52,778 bases of DNA from an uncultured Peptococcaceae bacterium (GTDB lineage: Bacteria; Bacillota; Desulfitobacteriia; Desulfitobacteriales; Syntrophobotulaceae), in contig CALBJS010000086.1 in NCBI GenBank assembly GCA_937892995.1, forward strand, positions 1 to 52,778. The letters run 5' to 3'. This document shows, piece after piece, positions 9,246-18,278 of the stretch. The stretch's first letter is position 1; every line of letters begins with the position of its first letter. The position numbers were made by a program, and so were the translations under genes. Under the pieces are notes generated by a model. That model made no database searches and was not told the DNA's origin. It saw nothing but the letters and a program-made list of their open reading frames with translations.

Positions 9246-9313
9246 TATGGAAAGTTAACTTGACATTCTTAGGGATGATGGTATTATTGAGTTATGGAAA
9301 GTTAACCTTACAT
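9246..9313 (+). promoter_or_regulatory. Promoter with two 21-nt direct repeats (candidate operator) upstream of the XRE regulator
   Basis: tatggaaagttaacTtGacat (9246..9266) and tatggaaagttaacCtTacat (9293..9313). The first overlaps a TTGACA -35 box (9260..9265), which has TATTAT 16 nt downstream. Each repeat carries a GTTAAC palindrome. Confidence 0.45.
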
Positions 9314-9329
9314 AGAAGGGAGTTCTTGA

Positions 9330-9542
9330 GTGAAAAACCGTGTGGAAGAAATCAGAAAACGACATGGAATTAAGCAGGAAGAATTGGCGGCTGCTCTTGA
9401 AGTTACTAGACAAACGATAGGTTCACTTGAAAATGGGCGATATAAGCCATCAATTACTTTAGCATTCAAGCTTGCACGCTATTTCCATATGAGCATTGAA
9501 GATATTTTTATTTATGAGGAGGAAAAAGAAAATGAAAAATAG
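9330..9542 (+). CDS. Small XRE-family helix-turn-helix transcriptional regulator
   Basis: 70 aa, GTG start after RBS gaagggag. HTH segment QEELAAALEVTRQTIGSLENG is typical of Cro/C1-type regulators. Confidence 0.85.
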   Translation: MKNRVEEIRKRHGIKQEELAAALEVTRQTIGSLENGRYKPSITLAFKLARYFHMSIEDIFIYEEEKENEK

Positions 9543-9963
9543 TGTTAAAGACCACTGTCTTGTAATAATAGGTTTAATATTGTTTGTAGCAGGACTCATC
9601 ATAGTTAAAACTCTCTCTGAGCCACAGGGAGTTATGCGGGCGTTGCCGTATGTCTGCATTGGTATCGGATGTGGTATTTTTGGGCAAGGAATGGGTAACA
9701 TCATTAGTCGAAAAGCAGTAAAGAACAACCCCGATATTTATAAACAAATTGAGATCGGGAAGAAAGATGAACGCAATATTACAATTGCAAACCGAGCGAA
9801 AGCAAAGTCATATGATATGATGATATTTGTATTTGGAGCTTTAATGGTGTCGTTTGCTTTGATGGGAGTGGAAGTGACAGCACTTTTATTGTTAGTTTTT
9901 GCATATCTTTTTGTTATTTTTTATGGGATATACTATCGTTTCAAGTACGAAAAGGAAATGTAG
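9532..9963 (+). CDS. Four-TM membrane protein, translationally coupled partner of the XRE regulator
   Basis: ATG at 9532 follows RBS ggagga and overlaps the end of the XRE gene by 11 nt. Four hydrophobic helices. This pairing is common for small XRE regulators. Confidence 0.7.
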   Translation: MKNSVKDHCLVIIGLILFVAGLIIVKTLSEPQGVMRALPYVCIGIGCGIFGQGMGNIISRKAVKNNPDIYKQIEIGKKDERNITIANRAKAKSYDMMIFVFGALMVSFALMGVEVTALLLLVFAYLFVIFYGIYYRFKYEKEM

Positions 9964-10140
9964 GTTACGATCATAATATGTTGTTGATTTATAAATTCAC
10001 TGCCAACTACCCCTATCGAGTGTTGCATCGAAACTGGTAACAGTAAGGTGAAGCGTACACATAGAATTATATAGGCTATAGGGAGAACCGTAACTTCTGA
10101 AGCACATTCAGTCCCGTAAATGGGTAAAAAGCACCGAAAT

Positions 10141-10305
10141 CTATTTTCGAGTGTTTCTTATAGAGTATTCAGGGAGATAATCACTTGCGGTGCATTTTAA
10201 GGTAATTTCTATATCAGATTTGTATAGCGGCCATTCACGATCATTCAGTAGAATCTTTGAAACCCATATTGGGACTTCGTCAATTGTTCTTTTTGCTTCT
10301 TGCAT
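10141..10305 (-). CDS. Hypothetical 54-aa ORF (possible gene remnant)
   Basis: Strong RBS ggaggga 6 nt before the ATG. Translation is MQEAKRTIDEVPIWVSKILLNDREWPLYKSDIEITLKCTASDYLPEYSIRNTRK. No family recognised. Confidence 0.25.
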   Translation of the reverse strand: MQEAKRTIDEVPIWVSKILLNDREWPLYKSDIEITLKCTASDYLPEYSIRNTRK

Positions 10306-10773
10306 ATATTATCCCTCCATAATTTTGATACATAGCGGATTTGCAGATGCATTTACAAATGAGCTTATATTAGTATTTCCTAAAAACATAAGAATAAAAA
10401 CAAAGTTGATTAGAATATTTTTTCAATATGGGATATTTAGGTATTAAAAACGGAAAAATCTGCTGTCCATGGAGGTCTTTGAATCTATGGACGTAGGGCA
10501 TCGGATAACATAGTGTTCCCTTAAGGACTGTTTTCAATTTACATATATAAAATGTAACCGAAGCCCTGGCAAATTGGGCAATACCATTCGTTATTCTTCT
10601 ATTAGGGCCACTGTACGGGATTAGATTTTTCGCAAATGATTTTTTAATTTCAGCTATTGTAATAGCAGTGATATCTATCGTAATATCTATAGCTACAATC
10701 TTATTATTGAAACTGATTTATAAATAGACGGTGAATTAACGTTTGTATGATCATAAGGATTATTGGGGGAAAA

Positions 10774-11669
10774 ATGGCAAATTATAAAGAAATAACTTGT
10801 AAGGTTGCCTGTAACAAATTAAAAAGAAAAATACCTTTTGCCTGGGACTTAAATATATACCGAGGCTGTGAACATGAGTGCCAATACTGTTATGCAATAT
10901 ACTCGCACGATTATTTGGGTTCAGAGCAATATTTTGATGATATTTATGTAAAGACAAATATTGTTGAACAATTGGAAAGACAGCTTAGTAGTCCTTCTTG
11001 GAAACATGAGGTTGTCAATATAGGTGGTGTAACAGACAGCTATCAGCCTGCGGAGGAACAGTATAAGTTGATGCCCGATATTCTTCGGTTGATGATCAAA
11101 TACCGTACTCCCTGTATTATTTCCACAAAATCGGATTTGATTTTGAGAGATTATGATTTGATAGACCAGCTGTCACATATTACCTATGTAAATGTAGCTG
11201 CGACCATTACCTGTATGGATGAAAACATACGGCAAAAAATTGAGCCAAACGGAGTTGCCTCCTTAAAACGTTTTGCAATGCTCAAGGAATTTTCAAAAAC
11301 CGGGGCATCCACAGGGCTACACTTTATGCCGATAATTCCATATCTGACAGACACAAGAGATAATGTGGATAGACTGTACGCTCACGCCAAAGAAAGTGAT
11401 GTAGATTATGTTTTACCGGGTGTTCTCTATCTTCGTGGAAAAACAAAAAAAGTCTTTTTAAATTTTATAAGCAGCGAATTTCCGGAGCTTTTGGCACCCT
11501 TGCATTGCTTTATAAAACGGGAGGAGCAGGAAAGGAGTACAAGGATACACTCTATCCAATGGTAAATGAAATAAAAGCAAAGTATGGTCTTTCGAGTAGT
11601 TATTCAAAACTGATGAAGGAAAAATCACAACAGAAAGACTTTCAGCAAATGACATTATTCGCTGGATGA
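10774..11669 (+). pseudogene. SPL/Rv2578c-like radical SAM protein, interrupted by a frameshift near 11498..11505
   Basis: CEHECQYCYA radical SAM motif. The reading frame ends at 11565, but the family-like C-terminus (LLYKTGGAGKEYKDTLYPMVNEIKAKYGL...) continues in another frame to 11669. Span length is 896 nt, not a multiple of 3. Confidence 0.65.
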
Positions 11670-11696
11670 TATAAGGAACCATGGTGGTATGGTAAT

Positions 11697-12410
11697 TTAG
11701 TTGGAAAACGTTTCATCCCTAAACTTAAAAGTGCTAATAACCTTCTCAAATAATTGTTGTTCAGATTCATTAATACCAAAGGAATAAAAAAACATACTAA
11801 AAATATTGGAACCATTACTTATATAATATTTATGAGGATACCAGGGAACTTGGTTTTTACTAATGATTCTTAAGCCTTGATAGCCGTTAACCTCAAACAA
11901 TTCTTTGGATATCAATTCTTCCCCACTTATAACAGAAGGTTGATAATTTTTGAATAAGTCATCTATGGTGATATTAGCTTCGGCTACGGGGACTATTTCG
12001 GCAACTTTAGTATCTTGATTATTAAAAACGCTGGAACCGTTGAACATCCAATTATCGGGGAAATGAAGCGAAAACGTTGTCATCTTATAATCGGGTAAAG
12101 GTGACCAAGACATTCCTTCGCTATTTATTTCTAACTTAAATAAATACACCCTAGCTTTTAATTCATTCCAACCTGATATTTTATCAGATTCAGTAACTTC
12201 AAATTGTTCCTTTTCTCCTGGAATTGAGGGCTGAGGAGGATCTTCTTCGGATATATTTGCCGGCTGCTGTTCTTCTTCCGGCAAATTAGTTGTTTGTTCA
12301 TTCTCTCTAAGCTGATTGGTTTCATTAGTTGAATCGGTCTTTGTGCATCCGCTCACTACTAAGGATATGCAAATTATTAGTATTCCAATTAAGGTCATCA
12401 ATTTTTTCAT
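11697..12410 (-). CDS. Hypothetical lipoprotein
   Basis: Signal peptide with lipobox LVVSGC. Low-complexity E/Q/P-rich linker then a globular domain. RBS ggagg. Confidence 0.75.
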   Translation of the reverse strand: MKKLMTLIGILIICISLVVSGCTKTDSTNETNQLRENEQTTNLPEEEQQPANISEEDPPQPSIPGEKEQFEVTESDKISGWNELKARVYLFKLEINSEGMSWSPLPDYKMTTFSLHFPDNWMFNGSSVFNNQDTKVAEIVPVAEANITIDDLFKNYQPSVISGEELISKELFEVNGYQGLRIISKNQVPWYPHKYYISNGSNIFSMFFYSFGINESEQQLFEKVISTFKFRDETFSN

Positions 12411-12566
12411 TGTTGTTCCTCCAAGTCTTAACCATTATTTTCAATATTTATTATACATTAGGTATGTTCCGCCTTACAATCTTCTTTTGAAGTTCAGCAT
12501 ACTAATTGAAATAAGTAATTCACGTTATTCTTATCTTGCGTATTTATATAATACGGAGGCTCAAAG

Positions 12567-12590
12567 GGGGTCGCCGTCTATGGCGACCCC
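12567..12590 (+). other. GC-rich 9-bp hairpin in an AT-rich 5' leader
   Basis: ggggtcgcc-gtctat-ggcgacccc. The 3' arm can alternatively pair as cccc-tgaatct-gggg (12587..12601). No T-run follows, so it is not a classical terminator. Confidence 0.5.
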
Positions 12591-12739
12591 TGAATCTGGG
12601 GTTATACGGCATCGAATAATGCAGGGTTTGCGACATCGAGGTAGAACATTAAAGGTAATAACCTGCTTGGAAACGTATTGCTTCAGGACTTATCGAGTAT
12701 TACAAATCAAATATTGTTAAGTAAGAGGAGTCCAAAGTT

Positions 12740-13039
12740 ATGAAAAAAAGATTTATAGTTGCTATTGTCATGGCGGGATTATATGGGATAATTTATTTAC
12801 TTAACTTTCAATTCTTTGATATTTATAAACCATATTATATGTACACTGTAAGTTGGACAACAAGAGGAGTATTGCCGGTGGCTGCTTCTATATCCGTATT
12901 GGCAGCATTATTCGGTAAAAGGTATTTAACTATTATATCCCTTGTTGGCTATATTTTGGGCATTGTGCTTGGAGAATTGTTTGGAGGATTTGAGGCGAAT
13001 ATGCCACCTCAATATCTTCATCACGGATGGGAAATATGA
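12740..13039 (+). CDS. Small membrane protein (first part of a TGA-interrupted reading frame)
   Basis: 99 aa, three hydrophobic helices, RBS aagaggag. Ends ...HHGWEI-TGA. Confidence 0.6.
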   Translation: MKKRFIVAIVMAGLYGIIYLLNFQFFDIYKPYYMYTVSWTTRGVLPVAASISVLAALFGKRYLTIISLVGYILGIVLGELFGGFEANMPPQYLHHGWEI

Positions 13040-13051
13040 TGTGTATTTAGC

Positions 13052-13255
13052 TTGTCGGTAATAGCGGGATTATTAATAGAAAAAGGGATCCGAATTGTGA
13101 GTTTTGTTAGTATATTTATAGTTATATGCATATTAATAGCCTTGTTTTTTACTCTAGTATTTAAGCAGTTTACATTATTAACAATACCAATTATTATAAT
13201 TCTAGGACTATCAATTATAGGTTACGTAATTAAAAAGTTGGGAACCACAAAATAG
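13052..13255 (+). CDS. Small membrane protein (same frame as 12740..13039, TTG start)
   Basis: 67 aa, two TM helices. In frame with the upstream ORF, separated only by the TGA plus 4 codons. No RBS of its own. Confidence 0.4.
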   Translation: MSVIAGLLIEKGIRIVSFVSIFIVICILIALFFTLVFKQFTLLTIPIIIILGLSIIGYVIKKLGTTK

Positions 13256-13453
13256 ACTACTTTGAAGCTAATAGATATTATTTGTAATTCCCAAATTGCA
13301 GCAGTCAATGAAAAAAACTATATCTATTTAGAAGCATCATAGAATGATTTAATTACTGTGTATTATTGGAGCAGATAAAGTATTTTTGCGTAGAACCAAG
13401 GATTGTAAAAGTTTGCTTAGATTATGTCTTTTAGTATGATTATGCTCAAAATC

Positions 13454-13478
13454 TGTAGTTTCAGTTAAACTACATTTT
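13454..13478 (+). terminator. Weak intrinsic terminator-like hairpin
   Basis: tgtagttt-cagtt-aaactaca followed by tttt. It lies about 200 nt after the small membrane ORFs. Confidence 0.35.
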
Positions 13479-13557
13479 AGGACAGATCCGTAACGATAGG
13501 AGATGGAGAGGATTTGTTCCGGCTTTTACGGTGAAATGTTTAATGAGGTAATTACAA

Positions 13558-14247
13558 ATGAAAAGATTTGTGAAGCCTTCTTTAGCCATTTTTGGTTTTG
13601 TCATTCTAGCAATGTATGTGACAAAGATTGGTTTAAGAGGGGTATCTTTTATAGAGCATTGGCCTTTTCGGAAGTCTGTCCATATAACCCAGATTTCTTG
13701 CTCAATTGACAAGGATGGTGATGGATTGGACGATCTTAGGGATATTGTAGCGGGAGCGAGAGAAGAAGTGGGGAGGAAACCCCGGTACTTTAGTGCTTAT
13801 TATCAAGGAGGTTATCCGCCCGATAACGAAGGGGTTTGCACTGACGTGGTGTGGAGGGCATTTCGAGATGCCGGTTATAACCTTAAGGAATTGATTGATA
13901 AAGACATACGTGAAGATATGTCGCAGTACCCCCGAATTGAGGGAAAACCAGATCCGAATATTGATTTTCGGCGAGTTCAAAACCTCATAGTTTTCTTTCG
14001 TAGGCATGGTCTGGAACTTACTACAGAAATAAGGCCAGGTGATGTAGCCAACCTTTATTTATGGCAGGCAGGGGACATTGTCACTTTTGGTTACCCCTAT
14101 GAACACATTGCAATAGTTTCAGATAAGCGTCGTCCCGATGGTGTGCCATATCTACTTCATAATGCAGGACCGGTTGCTAGCGAGACAGATCAATTACTAA
14201 GTTGGCCATCCCCTATAACCGGACATTTTCGTTTTCCACGCTTCTAG
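13558..14247 (+). CDS. DUF1287 domain protein with N-terminal signal/anchor
   Basis: 229 aa. Motifs GVCTDVVWRAFRDAGYNL, PDPNIDFRRVQNL and HIAIVSD match my recollection of the DUF1287 family. Confidence 0.75.
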   Translation: MKRFVKPSLAIFGFVILAMYVTKIGLRGVSFIEHWPFRKSVHITQISCSIDKDGDGLDDLRDIVAGAREEVGRKPRYFSAYYQGGYPPDNEGVCTDVVWRAFRDAGYNLKELIDKDIREDMSQYPRIEGKPDPNIDFRRVQNLIVFFRRHGLELTTEIRPGDVANLYLWQAGDIVTFGYPYEHIAIVSDKRRPDGVPYLLHNAGPVASETDQLLSWPSPITGHFRFPRF

Positions 14248-14321
14248 TTTTAGACCGTGACATAGTTATAGTTTAGAAATATCAAAGTAATGAAATAAGG
14301 AATTAATCGTATGAACTCATT

Positions 14322-14708
14322 TTACTTTTGCTCTTTTTGTAATTCTCGAAGGCGATTATTAAAATAGGTTTTAATTTGTTCCACATATTGCGGTTTTAGG
14401 GTATATTTTCGGAAATAGATATTAAAGTTTCTATCCAAGCCGTAAGTTCCTTGTTCAAACCATTGCTCATCAAGCGTACAGGTTGCTGCAATCTGATCAT
14501 ACAAATAGCCGGATCCCGAAAATGTTTCAAACAGATTAATTAATTCCCTTTCTATCTGTGGATGGGGCAAAACAAGATTAAAAGGTTTTTTATAGTTGCC
14601 ATATTCATAGGTATCCTCTTCTTCCCAGACAAAAGGCTTTGTGCAAGATTCCAAGATAGCTTGACAGGTTTCAATCATCTTTTCTTTATCTTTAATTTCT
14701 AAGGACAT
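14322..14708 (-). CDS. Hypothetical cytoplasmic protein
   Basis: 128-aa ORF with RBS agagg. No family recognised. Confidence 0.6.
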   Translation of the reverse strand: MSLEIKDKEKMIETCQAILESCTKPFVWEEEDTYEYGNYKKPFNLVLPHPQIERELINLFETFSGSGYLYDQIAATCTLDEQWFEQGTYGLDRNFNIYFRKYTLKPQYVEQIKTYFNNRLRELQKEQK

Positions 14709-14804
14709 TTTTAATACCTCTAATACTTATTTTGCCGTTTATGTTACAACGATACGGGGTAAAAATCAAGCAGGCAATTATTTAGAAAAGGGGATGTACA
14801 TATT

Positions 14805-15692
14805 ATGGGTAAAACAAAACTTACTAAGGCAAAAAAAATAATATTGATAGCTATATGCATATTCGCTGTAATATGCGGTATTATTTCAAGTCTAATATTT
14901 GGAGAGGATACACCTATGAAAAAAATATTTTTGTCCCAAGTGCAAACTGAGTTAGAAAAATGCAAAATAGGTAATGAAATATTAAAGGAAGAAGAAATAT
15001 CAAATCTTCCCGAACCAGTTCAGCATTATTTTAAATCTTGCGGTTATCTTGGCAAGGAAAAAATGTCAAGTGCTGAATTTATATGGGGCGACGTGAACTT
15101 TAAAATGGGTGTTGAAAAACCTTGGTTGAAAATCAAATATCAACAAAATAATTTTGTTACTGAACCAAGTAGAATAGCATACATATATTCAAAAATGTTT
15201 GGTTTAATACCTTTTGAGGGCCTGGATAAATATCAGGGCGGGCAAGGAAATATGCTCGGGAAACTGCTGAAGAAAGTTACGTTATTTGATGTAACGGGAG
15301 CTGAAATGAATGAATCCGCTGCTGTTACGTTCTTGTCTGAGTCTTTAATCGTGCCTACCTGTGCTCTACAGCCATATATCAAATGGGAGTTTATAGACCA
15401 AAATCGTGCTAAAGCAATCCTTGAATATAAGGACATAAAAGTAGAAGGAATATTTATTTTTAATGATAAAGGTGAGTTTACAAAGTTCGAGACCGATAAT
15501 CGTTATATGGATTTAGGCGATGGTAGGTTTGAAAAACACAAGTGGACGGCCGTAGCAAGTAATTATATTCAAAAAAATGACCTTAAAGTACCTTCTAAAA
15601 TGAAAGCAATTTGGAATCTACCCCAAGGTGACTTTGAGTATTTTGATGGTACAATAACGGAGATTATTTATAATAACAAACAAAAACTCTAA
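14805..15692 (+). CDS. Hypothetical membrane-anchored protein (single N-terminal TM)
   Basis: 295 aa, RBS aagggga. One N-terminal TM helix then a soluble domain. Possibly DUF6544-like (unverified). Confidence 0.65.
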   Translation: MGKTKLTKAKKIILIAICIFAVICGIISSLIFGEDTPMKKIFLSQVQTELEKCKIGNEILKEEEISNLPEPVQHYFKSCGYLGKEKMSSAEFIWGDVNFKMGVEKPWLKIKYQQNNFVTEPSRIAYIYSKMFGLIPFEGLDKYQGGQGNMLGKLLKKVTLFDVTGAEMNESAAVTFLSESLIVPTCALQPYIKWEFIDQNRAKAILEYKDIKVEGIFIFNDKGEFTKFETDNRYMDLGDGRFEKHKWTAVASNYIQKNDLKVPSKMKAIWNLPQGDFEYFDGTITEIIYNNKQKL

Positions 15693-15762
15693 TCAGATTA
15701 ATAAAAAGATAAAAAAGAAGATTAGGATACATGCAATGTTAGTGACTAATATAATTTAATAA

Positions 15763-15806
15763 CAAGCTAAAGTAGCTAGCAAAACTTGTCTGGCTACTTT
15801 AGCTTG
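15763..15806. terminator. Bidirectional terminator between convergent genes
   Basis: 14-bp perfect stem caagctaaagtagc / gctactttagcttg with a 16-nt loop. tttgtt follows on the + strand and a T/A-rich tail on the - strand. Confidence 0.6.
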
Positions 15807-15823
15807 TTTGTTGGTTAGAATTG

Positions 15824-18046
15824 TTAGAACCTTAAACCGTACCCTAGGGCCTGAATAATGGAGTAAGCAACTTCTGCCCGGGTAATAGTTTTACTTGGTT
15901 CAAATTTATTACTTTCGGATTTCAGAATCCCTAAACCTGTAGCCAAGGATATATGTCCTTGGGTTTGGGGTGTAAGTTGATCTACATCTTCAAATGGTGG
16001 TCGGTAGATATTATTAAGATTAGCGATTTTTTCTAAACCAAGATAACGTATTATGATTTTACTAAACATTTCTCTAGAAATATTCTGCGATGGGCTAATT
16101 TCTTCTTTTAACCATCCCTGTTCTTTAGCTTTTTTCAGAACTTCCTCATCCGATAAGGTACTGCTATTCCAAGCTCCATTTTGGATATTGAGTAATGCTC
16201 TCAAAGAAGATACGGCTGTGATATTTTCCTTAGGCCTGAAGATGCTGCCGTATTCTCCGAAGATTCCTGCCTGTCCGAGAGTAGTGATTTCCTTCTCGGC
16301 TTCCTCTCCGATGATGTCAGTAAAGTGGTAGGGGCCGGGCTGTTCAGACAAAGGTTTGCCTTGCCAGTCTAGAAAGTTTCCGGTTAGGGCATCAATAATT
16401 TCGGATACTTTATTGCTTTCATTAGATGGTTGATAAACCAATTTCGCTTCCTTTGGTTCCCCATTGTTGTAAATTAATACATATTTTAAAATCAGAGGCC
16501 TAGATTTAAGGAAGATATCTTCGGCTTTTGCCTGGGAAAGTGCTTGGGTTACTGAGGGGAAGTCAAGATTCCACCAATTAAGGTAATAAGAGGTTATTTT
16601 TTTAGTTATCAGATCCACTGTGACGCTTAATCCGTTGGAAGTGAATACAATCCCATCGACTATTCGTTCATAGTTAAAGGAAGCGGAAGTTGCGGCAGGT
16701 ATGGATTCCGAAGGAGATTCTGAAGATTCCTCCGCTTTAAGTCGGACCTGCTGGAACTTAGACGGTTGAATCCGTTTAAGAAAATCCTCGGCAATCTTCT
16801 GAGCTTCTTGGCTAGTGATAGCCGAGCTTTGATTGTTATTTGAAGGTAAGGTACGCTTAGGGTTGTAACAGTTGAAACCTATCAATTCTCCGCTTACAGC
16901 ATCTACCCTAGCATCAATACTTTGAGCTCGTTCTTGCTCTTGAGAAATCCATTCAAAATACCAAACTTTGGTGTCTCTTAGACCACCATCTGTATTTAAA
17001 TTCATACTTCTCAAGGTTAAGTTAGTAGGGATTTCCAGCCATTGCTTGACAACTTCTAAAGCCTTTTCCTTGGTTAATAGGGTAGTGTTTTGTTCGATTT
17101 CTTTTTGTTCTTGAGGAGTTAGGGATTTTAATTTTGAATCAAGACTGTTTTCGGCTACCCCCATTCCTCCAAGCTCTAGATCAGCTCTTGATACCCATTG
17201 ATTTTGGTTAAGTGCCAGTGGTTTACCGGAAAAAGCATCGATTAGGCCGTTTTTATTTAATTGATAGACTAGTTTCACTTGTTCTTTGTTCCCTGTAGCT
17301 AACGGTCTAAAGATAGGAGGAAGGAAATATTGAAGTTCTAACATTTTACTCTCGCTGAATGTTTCGGAAGCCTTTTGAGAATCGATTATCTTATCCGGAC
17401 TGGGGAGGATAAGGTTATTCCAGTTTAGATTATAAGATGTTACTTGACCGTTAGTAGCATTGATTTGAACATTTACCCCATTACCCTGAAAAGGAATGCC
17501 GTTTTCCATTCGTTGCCAAAGGAAGTTATAAGTAGTTGTGCCATAAGTATTAATAGGAATAATATTGTCTTGGTTTAAGAACTTAAGATTAGAATATTTT
17601 GATTTAGCTAACCTCTTAACGGTATTATCGGCGATAGTTCTAGCTTGCTCGAGACTCAGGTCCGGTAACTTATAACCTTGCTCTTTCGATGATGATTTCC
17701 ACAGGTTCATATTGATAATTTCACCGCTTACAGCATCTACTTGAGCTGTCAGACTACCGCTGGATTCTCCTGAAGTCTCCCAATGTAAAGACCAAGCTTG
17801 TCGATAGTTATAATTACTAAAGCCGGAACGAAACTCGGTAAATTCTTGGGGAATTTCAAAATTATTTTTAGCTATTTGAATTGCTTGTTCAAGAGTAATC
17901 TTCGTTGCTTCTTGTTGAGTACCTGATATGCCGGCATCTTGAAGGTTGGCATTCTCAAGGGCATAGCCTTGAATAGGAATTATTAGTTGGATAACTAGAA
18001 AAAAAATCAGGGAGAAGACAATTAAATGGTAACTGGAATATTTCAA
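15824..18046 (-). CDS. Cell-wall-associated protein with repeated PepSY/YcdB-like modules and C-terminal SLH domains
   Basis: 740 aa, TTG start after RBS gagaggtg, signal peptide. Repeated VDAVSGE(I/L)I motifs (PepSY-like) and ...TSYNLNW / ...TSYYLNWWNL modules. C-terminal SLH-like segments (FTDIIGEEAEKEITTLGQAGIF; FEPSKTITRAEVAYSII). Confidence 0.8.
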   Translation of the reverse strand: MKYSSYHLIVFSLIFFLVIQLIIPIQGYALENANLQDAGISGTQQEATKITLEQAIQIAKNNFEIPQEFTEFRSGFSNYNYRQAWSLHWETSGESSGSLTAQVDAVSGEIINMNLWKSSSKEQGYKLPDLSLEQARTIADNTVKRLAKSKYSNLKFLNQDNIIPINTYGTTTYNFLWQRMENGIPFQGNGVNVQINATNGQVTSYNLNWNNLILPSPDKIIDSQKASETFSESKMLELQYFLPPIFRPLATGNKEQVKLVYQLNKNGLIDAFSGKPLALNQNQWVSRADLELGGMGVAENSLDSKLKSLTPQEQKEIEQNTTLLTKEKALEVVKQWLEIPTNLTLRSMNLNTDGGLRDTKVWYFEWISQEQERAQSIDARVDAVSGELIGFNCYNPKRTLPSNNNQSSAITSQEAQKIAEDFLKRIQPSKFQQVRLKAEESSESPSESIPAATSASFNYERIVDGIVFTSNGLSVTVDLITKKITSYYLNWWNLDFPSVTQALSQAKAEDIFLKSRPLILKYVLIYNNGEPKEAKLVYQPSNESNKVSEIIDALTGNFLDWQGKPLSEQPGPYHFTDIIGEEAEKEITTLGQAGIFGEYGSIFRPKENITAVSSLRALLNIQNGAWNSSTLSDEEVLKKAKEQGWLKEEISPSQNISREMFSKIIIRYLGLEKIANLNNIYRPPFEDVDQLTPQTQGHISLATGLGILKSESNKFEPSKTITRAEVAYSIIQALGYGLRF

Positions 18047-18278
18047 TGGAGCCCACCTCTCTTTTTTATTTTTTTAATTATAGTCTCTTTAATCTATAAG
18101 ACGTAAAAACTTCATTAAAATGACGAAGTATCAGGAAATGTTTTCTATACTATTTAGATAAGATAGCCTAAAGTTTCTTTTATTTCTTGGCGTTTAATAG
18201 TAAAATAGTCTTATGCTCAGTGTGTGGGGGGAGCGAACTAGTAAAAGATTGGCAATAAAATATTACAGGAGAATAATT

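Noticed and set aside
10190-10447. 85-aa plus-strand ORF in the debris region
   Set aside because: It uses a GTG start with no RBS and is antisense to the better-supported small ORF at 10141..10305. The sequence looks non-protein-like.
11491-11504. TGGCAC..TTGCA resembling a sigma-54 promoter inside the radical SAM gene
   Set aside because: Only 2 nt separate the two boxes instead of 5 (GG to GC spacing is 7 nt, not 10). The site is also intragenic.
12316-12720. 134-aa plus-strand ORF spanning the lipoprotein start and the AT-rich leader
   Set aside because: It overlaps the lipoprotein gene in antisense, runs through a promoter and hairpin region, has no RBS, and has an implausible composition.
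13037-13039. In-frame TGA as a possible selenocysteine codon (it would give a U-C pair)
   Set aside because: I could not find a convincing SECIS-like stem-loop in the about 40 nt downstream. The context is a hydrophobic membrane segment where Trp (TGG) fits. A nonsense mutation is the simpler reading.
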